NCBI GenBank assembly: GCA_964016885.1
Contig: OZ024745.1
Span: 106,950,001-107,014,000, forward strand
Direction of reading: 5' to 3'
DNA: 64,000 nucleotides
Source: Eledone cirrhosa
Taxonomy: Eukaryota
This document shows, one piece after another, positions 50,764-64,000 of this stretch. The position numbers and the translations under genes are program-made. How positions within the stretch are numbered: position 1 is the first letter of the stretch; each line of letters starts with the position of its first letter. The notes under the pieces were generated by a model. It made no database searches, was not told the origin of the DNA, and worked only from the letters and a program-made list of their open reading frames with translations.

Positions 50764-52044
50764 CTAGAGGAACAGGTTTCCTTTTAGACATGTTAAGGTG
50801 GTATAATGCTTCTACTAGATAATATGTAATCGATATAAAGCAGAACATACAGTAAAAAGGTATGAACACATACCACAAGTAGTAACTGAAACTGAAGGAG
50901 TAACAATCCTTTGGGACTTTACCATCCACACAGATCATACTTAACTGGGCGACGGATCAAGTCTACCACAGATGTTGACCATAGCCTGAATTGACCATAG
51001 CCTGAATTGACCACAGCGTGAATTGACTACAGCGTGAATTGAAGTTAGAATGCAAAGAGATGAAAAAATAATGCAAAGTTTCTATTTTGATATTCTAACA
51101 ATTTCGTAGTCCACCTCTCTGGTATCTATTTCATCGGTCTAGAAAGGATGGAAGCCGAAATTAACCGCACCAGGATTTCAACTCAGAGCATGAGAGACGG
51201 AACAAATACTGCGAGGCATTTTAGCCTTCGTCCCAAAGGAAATATAATCATCACTCACGAGATAATACCTATGTGAAGAGACGACATTTAGAAATGATGA
51301 AATGAAGCCTTTGTAATTGAAATACCACCTCGAGATATACCACCTCGAGATATACCACTTCGAGATAATGCATTCAGATAAATAGAATGAATATTTTCAA
51401 TTTTTATGTTTTGTAAAACGTCAAAACGAGATATTTTTCTTAAGTCACCATTACACATCTAAAGGGGAAATGAAATTTTTTTTTATAATATAACCTTCAA
51501 AATAAATAAAACAAGACTTCCTCTGGGTAACTTACAGTAAATTACCTTATTTATGAAACAGAAGATGTAGAAAAGACGATAACTTTAGAATTTCAGTAGT
51601 GTGAGTATTCTGGCCAGGCTACAGGTCAACGTTTTGAGGATTAAAACAATTCTCATGGTCTATATAAATTACTGCAGTAAAAGTGCATTGTTGATGAATT
51701 TTTCATATCATAATAGTTTAAATCTAAAACGACTTTTTTCTTTTATCATTTCGGGGAAGTTTCTGAGAGAAAATGCCATTTCTCTACATAATATTATGTC
51801 ATTTGCTTGTGACGAATCCAAGAGCTAGATGATGGTGAAAATAGATTCCATAAAGAATATTACGCAAAGCTATTACAATTCCTCAATTGGTACATTATTT
51901 ATTGAGTCCAAAAGGGTGAAAAGCAAACTTCACCTGGGTGGGATTTGAACTCAGTGTGCAAAGAACCAGAATAAATAATATGAGACATTTTAATCATTTG
52001 CTCAAACGAATGTCATTTTAACAACACACACACATAGATAATGT

Positions 52045-52089
<45 letters not shown>

Positions 52090-52132
52090 CACACACACAC
52101 ACACACATACACTCGTATACACATACGCACGA

Positions 52133-52188
<56 letters not shown>

Positions 52189-52390
52189 TAATTTAGGCGG
52201 GAGATAATAGATTAATTCAATTCTAAAATTAAATGGAGTCTAAGGTATTGATTTTGATATTATATCGTGCAGAGTTATCTAACATAACATTAGCGTTACA
52301 TAAACAACCTTTCCAGGAACATCTCTTTCATTCTCGCTCTCTCAAAGAGACACACAGATATACACATAAATACATACATACATACATACA

Positions 52391-52425
<35 letters not shown>

Positions 52426-52426
52426 G

Positions 52427-52457
<31 letters not shown>

Positions 52458-52515
52458 GTATATACATATATATATATATATGTATATACATATATATATA
52501 TATATATGTATATAC

Positions 52516-52582
<67 letters not shown>

Positions 52583-53260
52583 TATATATAGATATATACA
52601 TAGATATATATGTACGTGTGTGTGTGTGTGTATGTGTGTGTGTGTGTGTGTATACAACGCCGACAATCCTCAATCGCATTATGAATATTAAGACACAACA
52701 CGCAGTTCTTCATTTTGGAGAGATTCAATTGTTAAACCAATGCCTTAAACAGAATCGTCTTTCAAATTCGTTTCTCTTCTCTCTGCTACTTTTATTCTCT
52801 GCGAAGAATCACGTTCTTTGTTGGCTATGTCTACAAAATTCCAATCCACAGGAGCAAATTCCTGAAAACAAACTGACATTTCTATGTCTAAACATCTAAA
52901 TATCTTTGTGCTATTCTATAAAAGATGTCAAATAAGGGTGAAGAGACAAAAATGAAAACTTTTTCTTCCAGACAGTTGCCGTGCGTCTCACTGAACGGAG
53001 CAACTGAGCGGAAACCATTTTTGAAAGAAGCTCTTCAGCTCATGATTATGCGTACAAAGTGAAAGAATCGTTCTTGTATGTATATTGTTCTATGAGTGTG
53101 TTTGTGTTGTGTGTGTGTGTGAGTGTGTATGCGTGTGTGAGTGTGTATGCGTGTGTATGCGTTTGTATGTTTGGTGTGTGGCGTGCGTGACTTTGTGTGG
53201 ATATATATATTATATATATATATATGTATATATATGTATATATATATATATATGCATGTA

Positions 53261-53312
<52 letters not shown>

Positions 53313-53356
53313 TATATATATGTATGTATGTATGTATATATATATATATATATAAG

Positions 53357-53389
<33 letters not shown>

Positions 53390-53392
<3 letters not shown>

Positions 53393-53524
53393 ATGCTATG
53401 CCTTCATCAGACAAAATACAATATAAACAGTTTTATAGATAAATATATTCGACATACCGTAATAAACATCAACTTCATTTGAAGAGGTTCACTCTAGTAG
53501 TGAACCTCTTCAAATGAAGTTGAT

Positions 53525-53530
<6 letters not shown>
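53390..53530. mobile_element. Family G fragment with fold-back at 53462-53530
   Basis: Half HHR (reverse complement ttttgtCTGATGAaggc); 32-bp arms. Confidence 0.7.
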
Positions 53531-53575
<45 letters not shown>

Positions 53576-53728
53576 AATACATATATGCATATATAAATAT
53601 ATATATATATATATATACATAAATACATATATGCATATATAAATATATATATATATATATATAAATATATATATACACATATATAAATAGACATATATAA
53701 ATATATATATATACATATATAAATATAC

Positions 53729-53791
<63 letters not shown>

Positions 53792-53795
53792 TAAG

Positions 53796-53921
<126 letters not shown>

Positions 53922-54190
53922 TCTATTTATGTGTCTGAATGTATGCATGAACCGCTTTCTGCATGATTGTCTGTGTATGTATGTGTATTTGTAAGAATGA
54001 GTATGGCTATGTATATTTATATGCATGTATAAATGTATGTGATATTAACTGTATAAGAATGCAAGCACACACACATATATCAGTCTCTATATAAACGTGG
54101 CACCATAGGCATGTGTGTTTGACCATAGCTTTATGTTGACCAACGCATTGCGAATATAATTTGATAGACGAAAATGTATGTGAGCCTGTC

Positions 54191-54230
<40 letters not shown>

Positions 54231-54231
54231 C

Positions 54232-54781
54232 ATGAGAAGAAAGAGGAATACTGCGTGGTTGCACATGGGTTACATATTATAAAATTAGTCCCTCGTCAGT
54301 GATTTGCCAACCATCATTGGTATTTCATCGCATTAAAAATCATATACCTCAGGTTGGTGCGAGCAATAACTAAAATAAGCTATTGGGACAAGTGAATCGC
54401 GTAAAGCGAGTGAGACAAGTAAGCAACAGGCAAGGATAAAAGCAAACCGAAGATAGGAAAAAAAACAAGCAACATGGTTATCCGGTCAGCATAAGCCGGG
54501 TGAATTTCATGAGCGATCAGAATACAGACCGTCCGACGAGAGTGAGATGTGAGCAAGAAAGGACCCCACTACTAACGAAACGGGAGGAAGTGAGAAGGGG
54601 AGAAACAGAGAGTGAGTGAGTGGAAGTGCGAGGAAGAGGTCAGTCGAGAGAAAGTGTAACTGACAGAGCGGGCGAAAGAAGGTAAGAGAAACAGAGAGAA
54701 CGGGGGAGCAGTAAGAGAGAAAGAGAGAAACAGACAAACGCAGGCGAGGTAAATATGTATAAAAAACAGGAGAAGAAAGAG

Positions 54782-54786
<5 letters not shown>
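54232..54786 (-). mobile_element. Family K element with 17-bp terminal direct repeats and structured RNA motif
   Basis: gagaagaaagaggaata at 54234 and 54770; motif at 54293-54357; (TA)n flanks. Confidence 0.65.
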
Positions 54787-54831
<45 letters not shown>

Positions 54832-55030
54832 GTAAGTATGCATGTATACGTACATACATATATGTATACAGACGTACAGTAGCATGCACATATATATATA
54901 TATATATATACATATATATATACATATGCATACAGGTACACATACATATATGCACGGCTGCTCAGCCGTTAATTTTCATAAGGAAAGTATATACTTTCGA
55001 ACGTTCAACTATCTGGCAGATGGGTAAACG

Positions 55031-55067
55031 GTGCTGATGATAGCTAACAAGCTTGAAACTAGTACAT
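55031..55067 (+). ncRNA. Minimal hammerhead ribozyme
   Basis: gtg-CTGATGA-tagctaacaagctt-GAAA-ctag-TA-cat; lies between ~125-bp inverted arms at 54827-54956 and 55196-55321. Confidence 0.7.
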
Positions 55068-55377
55068 GGTTCCTGTGTCAGTGTTGAACAAAAAGGTGAC
55101 GTGGTTGCCTTAACACCGTATGGCATAAATTCAGGCTGTTCAGTTTGTTTACAAACGAACAAAGCGACGTTATAATAAGCGCCGCTAAACTGATACGTGC
55201 ATATATGTATGTGTACCTGTATGCATATGTATATATATATGTATATATATATATATATGTGCATGCTATTGTACGTCTGTATACATATATGTATGTACGT
55301 ATACATGCATACTTACATTTAAGTAAGTGCCATACTAAGAGTGAGAAATGAAATTTCGTTTTCATTTTGTTTCAATT

Positions 55378-55420
<43 letters not shown>

Positions 55421-55427
55421 ATAGATA

Positions 55428-55625
55428 TATTTAATATAGAAAGGCTTCTACAGGACTAGAACTCTTTCATTTGGGAGAAATCATCAAGAAGCTTCCTGAT
55501 GATTTCTCCCGAATGAAACAGTTCTAATTCTGTAGAAGCCTTTCCATATTAAATATTCATACTCTGCTTTGTATTGAGTACCTTACTTACTGTGGTTACC
55601 CCCGATTGAACCCGGGATAAACTTA
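55428..55625 (+). mobile_element. Family E fold-back element (HHR at 55491-55539)
   Basis: gcttc-CTGATGA-tttctcccgaat-GAAA-cagttctaattctg-TA-gaagc. Stem I covaries with the gattc/gaatc of the 8705 copy. Confidence 0.85.
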
Positions 55626-55912
55626 TATATATATATATATACGTGTAAATTCCCCCTCTCTCTTTACTCTTTCTCTGTGTATATATTTCTAGACATATAA
55701 GTGTGTGTATATGTGTGTGTGCGTTTTGGTGTTAAAATATGTCTTTTGGGAAAAAGCTTCAATTAACACAAATTATCCTTGTAATGTTACGACCAAAACT
55801 CCCTTTAGCTGAGTTCAGTTAATGAGAAATAAACAACGTGTGAACCCATAGAGTCGTTGCTGATCCAAATCTTCATACCTATGCAAACACAAACATATAT
55901 ATATATATATAT

Positions 55913-56108
55913 ATAGGAAAAGGTATGACCCTGACGGCAGAGCTCAAGCCGTTTCGACGGCTATTTCTGGTCCAGAAATAGCCATCGAAACGGCTTGAGC
56001 TCTGCCGTCAGGGTCATACCTTTTCCTATTACCCACTCTACTACCCTAAGTATTGAGTACTCTGGTGCGTTATGGTCCATCTGGTTCCTTACCACAATTC
56101 CTTCGTTA
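55913..56108 (+). mobile_element. Family F fold-back element
   Basis: Palindrome 55913-56029 centred at 55971, then the tail. Confidence 0.8.
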
Positions 56109-56117
56109 CACATGGGC

Positions 56118-56196
<79 letters not shown>

Positions 56197-57009
56197 TATG
56201 TGTGTATGTGTGTGTGTGTGTCTGTGTCTGTGTGTGTCTGTGTGTGTGTGTGATATAAATAAAACTTCATCCTTACACAAACACACATGCCATCAAACCA
56301 CGAAAAAAAAAAACAACAAAAAAGAAAACAACACAATATCATAATCGTAAAATGCTCAATGTAGTCACTTGTCTTGCTAGAAATAGCAGTCATATCTCAC
56401 TCTATAAAAATGACCACTATGGATGATGATGTTTACGACATACTTATTTTATTTGAAATTAAGTCTTGATATATATATCATGACTGCCTTTGGTCAAAGA
56501 GTCGCTGTAGTAAAGCTGATTTTGACTACATAACAGCAACAAAAATACCAGCTTCAGCTTCTGATGGTCCCTCAACAGTCTAGAAATAACTACACAATTC
56601 CAATCAAACCAAACTACTGTGTTAGAAAGGAATATAATATTAAATAATTGTTTCTACTTTAGGCACAAGGCCAGCAATTAACCAGTGCATTACTGGTACT
56701 TTATTTTATCGACCCCGTAAGGATGAAAGGCAAATATAATATTAAATAATGCAGTTCTTTTTCCTGGACTTCTATTGATTTCGACGATGATTGCTTTAGT
56801 TTTTTCGTCCTCCAGAAAGGCCTGCTCGTTAAATTAAAAAGTGACTGAGTATTTCCACAGGCACGTGTACCCTTAACATAGTTCTCAGTCAGAATCAGCA
56901 TTACACAGCGTGTAATAAGCTTGCTCTTTGAATTACAGGGATAATGCATCCCACGAGTTTTGAAGCAGCTTCCATCTACTCTGTTTCATCTACAAAGCAA
57001 GGTTTAGTC

Positions 57010-57281
57010 CAGTCATGGGTAACCTGCGGCCCGTGAAGCTTTCTGAATGGCTCACCAAAGTCACCTAAGTGAAATCTTTCTGGTTTTTTTACCCCAACTT
57101 TTCAGTCGTAATTTATCTTTCTATCATTTTTACGATCGAGGAAAACAATGTGTAGAATTCTGAAGAAACAAATCAAAACAACCTGAGTTACCACCCTTCT
57201 ATTTAATGTGGGCTTGCGACCCGTCTGATAATGAGCTATATCTCTTGCGGTCCGCTGCTTGAAAAAGGTTGCCCATGCCTG
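57010..57281. mobile_element. hAT (Charlie-like) MITE
   Basis: TIRs cagtcatgggtaacct / aggttgcccatgcctg; 8-bp TSD gtttagtc / gtttagac. Confidence 0.8.
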
Positions 57282-57282
57282 G

Positions 57283-57712
57283 TTTAGACAGAAAGGGGCC
57301 GAATTCAGAACCGCATAATTATGAAGCAGATTTTTTAAACTTTCTGCCGTGCGGCGCCCAAACGAAACGGGATGATCACGGCTGGAACGCCTTTGAATGT
57401 ATTATATCTAGTCGAATAGCGTCGACATCAACAACAACAGGAATAACAACAGCACAAGAAAAATGAACAACCAGTGTTTTAGTGTTAGACAGAAAGGGGC
57501 TGAATTCAGAACCGCATATTCATGAAGCGAATTTCTTAAACATTCAACCCTGCTGCGTCCGAACGTTGAAGGATGATTACATAAAACGGGATGATCACGG
57601 CTGGAACGCCTTTGATTGTATTATATCTAGTCAAACAGCGTCGCCATCAACAACAACAACAACAACAACAGGAACACCAAGAGCACAATAAAAAAGAACC
57701 ACAACCAGTGTT
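57283..57712. repeat. Tandem duplication of a ~200-bp unit
   Basis: ttagacagaaagggg...gatgatcacggctggaacgcctttga...aaccagtgttt occurs twice. Confidence 0.75.
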
Positions 57713-58203
57713 TCAATGCCTTTAAGTAATTTTGGTCCGTCCATGTGGCAACTTCTATCAGTGTCGACATAAACAGCATAAGACAAAAAAAAAAAAACCG
57801 TAACATCCAATTCCTTAATACATTTGCTTCTTTTTGTCCATCCATCTTCCTATTTCTAACATTTACTCTTCTCTTACACTCATTTATTATCATGTCCAGT
57901 TAAAAATAGTGCCGCACCGTTATGTCTACACAATAATGGCACACCTATCCTTCTTTCTTTTAACTCTTGTAACTGTGATCCTCTTGTTTTTTTTTTCTTT
58001 CTTCATGTTCTTTCGCTGCGGCGCCTGTGTGTGTGTGTGTGTGTAAATGTGTTTTTATTGCAGATATTCTTGTCGTTGCTGCTTATATCACTGTAGTTGT
58101 TGTCGTCGTTGTTGTGTTGTTGCATGTTCTTATTGTTGTTGTTCTTATTGTTGTTGCTTTTGTAGATCTTCTAATCCCAGCAACTACTACTACTACTACT
58201 ACA

Positions 58204-58289
<86 letters not shown>

Positions 58290-58317
58290 TACTACTACTA
58301 CTACTACTGATGATAAT

Positions 58318-60190
58318 AATTGTTTCTACGTTAGGCACAAGGCCAGCAATTACCCAGTGCATCACTGGTACTTTATTTTATCGACCCCGTAAGGATGAAA
58401 GGCAAAGTTAACCTCGGCGGGATTTGAACTCAGAATGGCAAGGGCCGTAACTCTATGCGCCAAAGCATGGCATCCGACACTCTACCAATACTGCCAATCC
58501 ACCGCCTGATGGTTTATTATATAGGCACAAGGCCAGCAATTTTGGATGAGCGAAAAGTCGATTAAATTGACCCCAATGTGTTACTGGTACTTTATTTTAT
58601 CGACTCCGTAAGGATGAAAGCCAAAGCTAACCTCGGCGGTATTTGGACTCAGAACGTAAAGGGCCATAACATTATGCCACGAGGCAGGTTGTCCGACGCT
58701 CTACCGATACTGCCAATCCAGCGTTCTCCTACTATCAATAATATTTGTTTCTACTTTAGGCACAAGGCCAGCAATTACCCAGTGCATTACTGGTACTTTA
58801 TTTTATCGACCAATAATATTATTGCATTGCCCTCTATGACATTATCATCATCATCATCACCGATGTATTCGTCGTCATTTCGCTACAAATTCCTTTAGCA
58901 ACCCTTCATTCCTTCACCTCTTATAATATTCTCAATGTATTTTTTTCATATTTTATGAATTCTTACACTATAATATCTTAAAAATTGTTTCTACTTTTGG
59001 CACAAGGCCAGCAATTGCCCAGTGCATTACTGGTACTTTATTTTATCGACCCCGTAAGGATGAAAGGCCAAGTCAACCTCGGCGGGACTTGAACTCAGAC
59101 CGTAAAGAGACGTAACTCTATGCTGCAAAGCTTGACGTCCGACCCTCTACTGATACTGTCAATTCACCACCCATATATAATTGTTTCTACTTTTGGCACA
59201 AGGCCAGCAATTATCCCAGTGCATTACTGGCACTTTATTTTATCGACCCCGTAAGGATGAAAGGCAAAGTTAACCTCGGCGGGATTTGAACTCAGATCAT
59301 AAAGGGAGGTAACTCTATGCTTCAAAGCATGGCGTCCGACCCTTACCGATACTGCCAATCCAAATAATGGATTCCAAAGACCTCAGTTTGGGGGTGGGGT
59401 AGGAAGAATTAAAAGCAAACTTAACCTCAACGTGATTTGAACTCAAAACGTAAAATCCAGAAAAAATACCACAAAAGAATTTTTTCTGATGTTCTCACGA
59501 TTATAGCATTGTACCGTCCTAAAAATGGTTTCTACTATAGACATAAGGCCACTAATTTCGTGGTAGGGGAAAGTCGATTAAATCGTCCCCAGTTCACGAC
59601 TGGTACTTTATTTTATCGATTTCCGTAAGGATGAAAGGCAAAGTTAACCTCGGCGGGATTTGAATTCAGGCCGTAAAGGGCCGTAACTCTATCCTGCAAA
59701 GCATGGCGTCTGACCCTTTACCGATACAATAATAATATTAGTTTCTACTATAGGCACAAGGTCAGCAATTTTAGGAGGAGGGGAAAGTAGATTAAATCGA
59801 CTCCCATACATTACTGGTGCTTTAGTTTATTGACCCCGTAAGGATGAACGACAAAGTTAACCTCGGCGGGATTTGAATTCAGGCCGTAAAGGGCCGTAAC
59901 TCTATGCTGCAAAGCATGGCTTCCGACCCTCTACCGATACTGCCAACCCACCACCCCTACAGCGACCTAATAATAATTGTCTCTACTGTTGGCAAAAGGC
60001 CAGCAATTAGAAGGGAAGGAGAACACCAATTATATCGACCCCCATTACTTAACTGGTACTATATCTTATCGACCCCGGAAGGATGAAAGGCAAAATTAAC
60101 TTCGGTGAGATTTGAACTCAGGACTTAAAGAATTGGAACAAATTGACTCAAGTATTCGACTCAACATTTTAACTACTCTACCAATTCTAC
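58318..60190 (-). mobile_element. Array of ~9 same-orientation SINE copies
   Basis: Repeated full and partial SINE units, bracketed by (ACT)n at 58181-58308 and 60188 onward. Confidence 0.85.
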
Positions 60191-60297
60191 TACTACTACT
60201 ACTACTACTACTACTGCTGCTTGCTGCCGCTACTACTACTACAACCAGCACCACCATTACTACTACTACTACTGCTACTAGAGCCATCACCACCACC

Positions 60298-60374
<77 letters not shown>

Positions 60375-60494
60375 CACCACCACTACTACAACCATCACAC
60401 CCATCACCACCACTGCTACTACCACCACCACCAACAACAACAACAACAACACCACCACCACCACAACCACCACTACAACCACCACCACCACCAT

Positions 60495-60566
<72 letters not shown>

Positions 60567-60600
60567 CAACAACACCACCACCACCACAACCACCACTACA

Positions 60601-60659
<59 letters not shown>

Positions 60660-60717
60660 CAGCACCACCACCACTACTACTACTACAACCATCACCTCCA
60701 TCACCACCACTGCTACT

Positions 60718-60749
<32 letters not shown>

Positions 60750-60768
60750 CAACACCACCACCCCTACA

Positions 60769-60851
<83 letters not shown>

Positions 60852-60865
60852 AACTACTACTACTA
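60188..60865. repeat. Compound (ACT/ACC/AAC)n trinucleotide array
   Basis: Visible; generates spurious poly-T, poly-V and poly-L ORFs. Confidence 0.92.
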
Positions 60866-61191
60866 TTTCACCATCAGCTTCTCTCCTGTATTCCCTTCAT
60901 CTATTCCCATACACCCCCTACTTTCACTATTACCTTCTCGCAATGTTTTAATAATCTTTCTCTGCTGCTTTTGTCGCTTTTTTTTTTATCGTACGCCATC
61001 TTATTTTCCAATTTGTTTCTTTACGTTTTCATATGTGTTTCCATCAGTATAAAGAGACACGAAAATAATCAGCCAAATTCTCATTACCATTGTTATCTAA
61101 GCACCATTGATTAGATAATTATTATCGTGTCAAACAACCGGTAAACCAGCCAGCCAACCAGCCAGCCAGTCGATCAGTCTATCACCAGTCA

Positions 61192-61229
<38 letters not shown>

Positions 61230-61231
<2 letters not shown>

Positions 61232-61840
61232 TGGCGGCCAAGTCGTTTTCGAGTACGGCCACTACTCTATATCCATGTAGGAGAACCCCTACCGTTGCGC
61301 TGAACGAGTGTGACTTTTTAGTCCAGCCAGCGACTTTAAAACTCTGGTACAAACACTACACTTGTGACAATTATTGACACATAGTGCTGGGCCCATGGTA
61401 CCATGTGATGACAAGTGCAGAGAGATCTCCAGATATAAAGCAATGCCTGTGCCGTGAAGCTTTTATAGTGAGCAAAGGCACTGCACAAAGCCAGTCCCAC
61501 TCTCTTAACCAAGATGATATTTACCAAAAAGAAAAACAAGTCAACATCATTGGATACCATCAGGGTTGCAGGTTTTATATCAGAGTTTTCCTTCTCCTAG
61601 AATTCTGCCTTGACAAAGGCTAAGGGGTCATCCCTCCCGGTGATTTTCGATGGCCATTGACTCTTAAGAGCTCCTTTGCCCTTTGACAGCTTTTGTTTTT
61701 AGTCCTGCAGGATGTCCAAAGTCACCCTCCTCACCAAGAAACCTTGGTGGGGTTGCCAGTTTAGTCGCCAACGACACGACCATGGGACAGGTTGTACTGG
61801 AATACATGTTACCAGTAGCACTAACTGGTGACCTGACATA
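61230..61840 (-). mobile_element. RTE-like derivative, copy 2
   Basis: Collinear with 934-1573 except for a ~28-bp duplication present only in copy 1. Confidence 0.6.
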
Positions 61841-61960
61841 CATACATAATACATACATGCATACATACATACATATATATATACACATATATATATATAT
61901 ATATGTATATACATATATATATATATATACACACACATATATATATATATATACATACAT

Positions 61961-62051
<91 letters not shown>

Positions 62052-62156
62052 GATATGTAAACACATATATACATATACATACATACAAATATATATATAT
62101 ATACATATATACATATCGCATACACTATTCGATTTTCACTTCGGCTTCATTATCAG

Positions 62157-62185
<29 letters not shown>

Positions 62186-62188
<3 letters not shown>

Positions 62189-62603
62189 AAGTTTTATTTA
62201 AATTGTTGTGTTACAACGAGTAAATATTTATAACTGATATAAAAGCACTCAACAAGTATTTGGAGTATATTTACGATATTAAATGGAAACTATATTTATA
62301 AAACCATAATTATTTCATTATATATATTTCAGGGATATCATATTAAAAATATGGTATGCCTTCATCAGACAAAATACAATTTAAACAGTCTTATAAATAG
62401 ATAGATTTGACATACCTTACACTTCAACTTCCATTTTTTAAAAATGGAAGTTGAAGTGTAAGGTATGTCAAATCTATCTATTTATAAGACTGTTTAAATT
62501 GTATTTTGTCTGATGAAGGCATACCATATTTTTAATATGATATCCCTGAAATATATATAATGAAATAAATATGGTTTTATAAATATAGTTTCCATTTAAT
62601 ATC

Positions 62604-62606
<3 letters not shown>
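62186..62606. mobile_element. Family G fold-back palindrome (62272-62606) with an HHR on each strand
   Basis: ~167-bp arms centred at 62439; plus HHR at 62503-62566. Confidence 0.88.
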
Positions 62607-62669
<63 letters not shown>

Positions 62670-63104
62670 TTAAACGATGTACGTTAATCATTCCGTCATT
62701 AATCTAACAGAAGTCTGATGAGCTTTTGATTCCAGAATCAGGCCCTGTCGATGGAGATATAACCTTGAAATAATCAATCACGAAGCGGGTGTCACACCTG
62801 AATAAACTTAATGAAAATTTGACACTTCGTCTATACTTACTATTATTATTATAACAGAGCGCCACATACCATGCTTTGCAGCATAGAGTTATGGCCATTT
62901 ACGTTCTGAGTTCAAATCCCACCGAGGTTAACTTTGCCTTTCATGCTTGCGGGGTCGATAAAATAAAGTACCAGTAATGTACTGAGGTATTTGTTGGCCT
63001 TGTGCCAAAAGTAGAAATAGTTATTATAACACTCCAAAGTACATACTGGCGACTACACATATATTGCTCACTTTTGTGATCCAATAGTAACATGATGTTA
63101 CAAT

Positions 63105-63138
<34 letters not shown>

Positions 63139-63141
<3 letters not shown>

Positions 63142-63695
63142 GATAAATCTACCAAGAGTTTACGGTAGTGTCCAATCCGTATGAAGAACTCAATGTATTC
63201 CGGATATCATGGAAAGAAGAGATGTAATGAAAAATCACTTTCGGTGAAAGATAAACGGAATACAGAGTCAAGATAAAATATTAAACAAATAATGAATAAA
63301 ACAATGAAACAGTTCCTTATATTAAACAAAAAAAGTTCATTATTTAACGATCGTTTCTAGGATATATATGTGTTAGAATTGGCATGCATATTCAACAGAT
63401 CTATGTACAAAATTATACAAAATTATACAAACTATCAAGATTAAATATACATACCAAACACACATATATGCCGTCTTCAGAAATAATTGATTATTTCTGA
63501 AGACGGCATATATGTGTGTTTGGTATGTATATTTAATCTTGATAGTTTGTATAATTTTGTATAATTTTGTACATAGATCTGTTGAATATGCATGCCAATT
63601 CTAACACATATATATCCTAGAAACGATCGTTAAATAATGAACTTTTTTTGTTTAATATAAGGAACTGTTTCATTGTTTTATTCATTATTTGTTTA

Positions 63696-63704
<9 letters not shown>
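63139..63704. mobile_element. Family H fold-back palindrome (63273-63704) with an HHR on each strand
   Basis: ~215-bp arms with a 2-nt loop at 63488-63489. Plus HHR: attattt-CTGAAGA-[~116 nt]-GAAA-cgatcg-TT-aaataat. Confidence 0.88.
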
Positions 63705-63750
<46 letters not shown>

Positions 63751-63754
<4 letters not shown>

Positions 63755-63944
63755 TTAATATAGATGAGATTCTACAGGACTAGAACTGTTTCATTCTTTA
63801 GAAATCATCAGGAATCCTGATGATTTCTAAAGAATGAAACAGTTCTAGTCCTGTAGAATCTCATCTATATTAAAACTTTTATACTCTGCTATGTATTGAG
63901 TACCTTACTTACTGTGGTTACCTCCGATTCAACCCGGAATAACG
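63751..63944 (+). mobile_element. Family E fold-back element (palindrome 63751-63877)
   Basis: 63-bp arms centred at 63814; CTGATGA at 63817; tail gtattgagtacc...ccggaataacg into (TA)n. Confidence 0.88.
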
Positions 63945-64000
63945 TATATATATATATATATATATATATATGATAAACTTAGGAAAATTTAGGGAGAAGA

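Noticed and set aside
58318-60190. CRISPR-like or tRNA-gene array
   Set aside because: Units are ~190-bp SINEs with A/B boxes but no cloverleaf, no regular spacers and no cas genes; the context is eukaryotic.
60096-61114. Long poly-T, poly-V and poly-L/P ORFs (mucin-like appearance)
   Set aside because: They arise from stop-free trinucleotide repeats; there is no complex coding sequence or splice evidence.

Overview
AT-rich, microsatellite-saturated eukaryotic DNA. I found no host protein-coding exon I can support. The dominant tRNA-derived SINE resembles octopod cephalopod SINEs, so an octopus-like genome is likely (inference, not verified). Recognisable coding sequence is all transposon-derived: one intact L1/Tx1-clade ORF2 (23608-27039) stacked with three truncated relatives at (TCTA)n repeats, an internally deleted mariner, and CRE- and RTE-like fragments. 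MITEs and a Helitron are also present. The most striking feature is a dense, multi-family set of short non-coding elements inserted in (TA)n runs. They carry type I hammerhead ribozyme (HHR) cores: about 20 or more complete cores read by eye, in about 11 sequence families. They occur either as ~485-bp retrozyme-like units with terminal direct repeats or as fold-back palindromes up to ~430 bp with a ribozyme on each strand. This matches Penelope-like element (PLE) pseudo-LTRs or retrozymes. One family also carries a covarying K-turn/pseudoknot RNA motif fused to hammerhead core nucleotides that I cannot assign to a known class. All base pairings were read manually; no folding program or database search was run.
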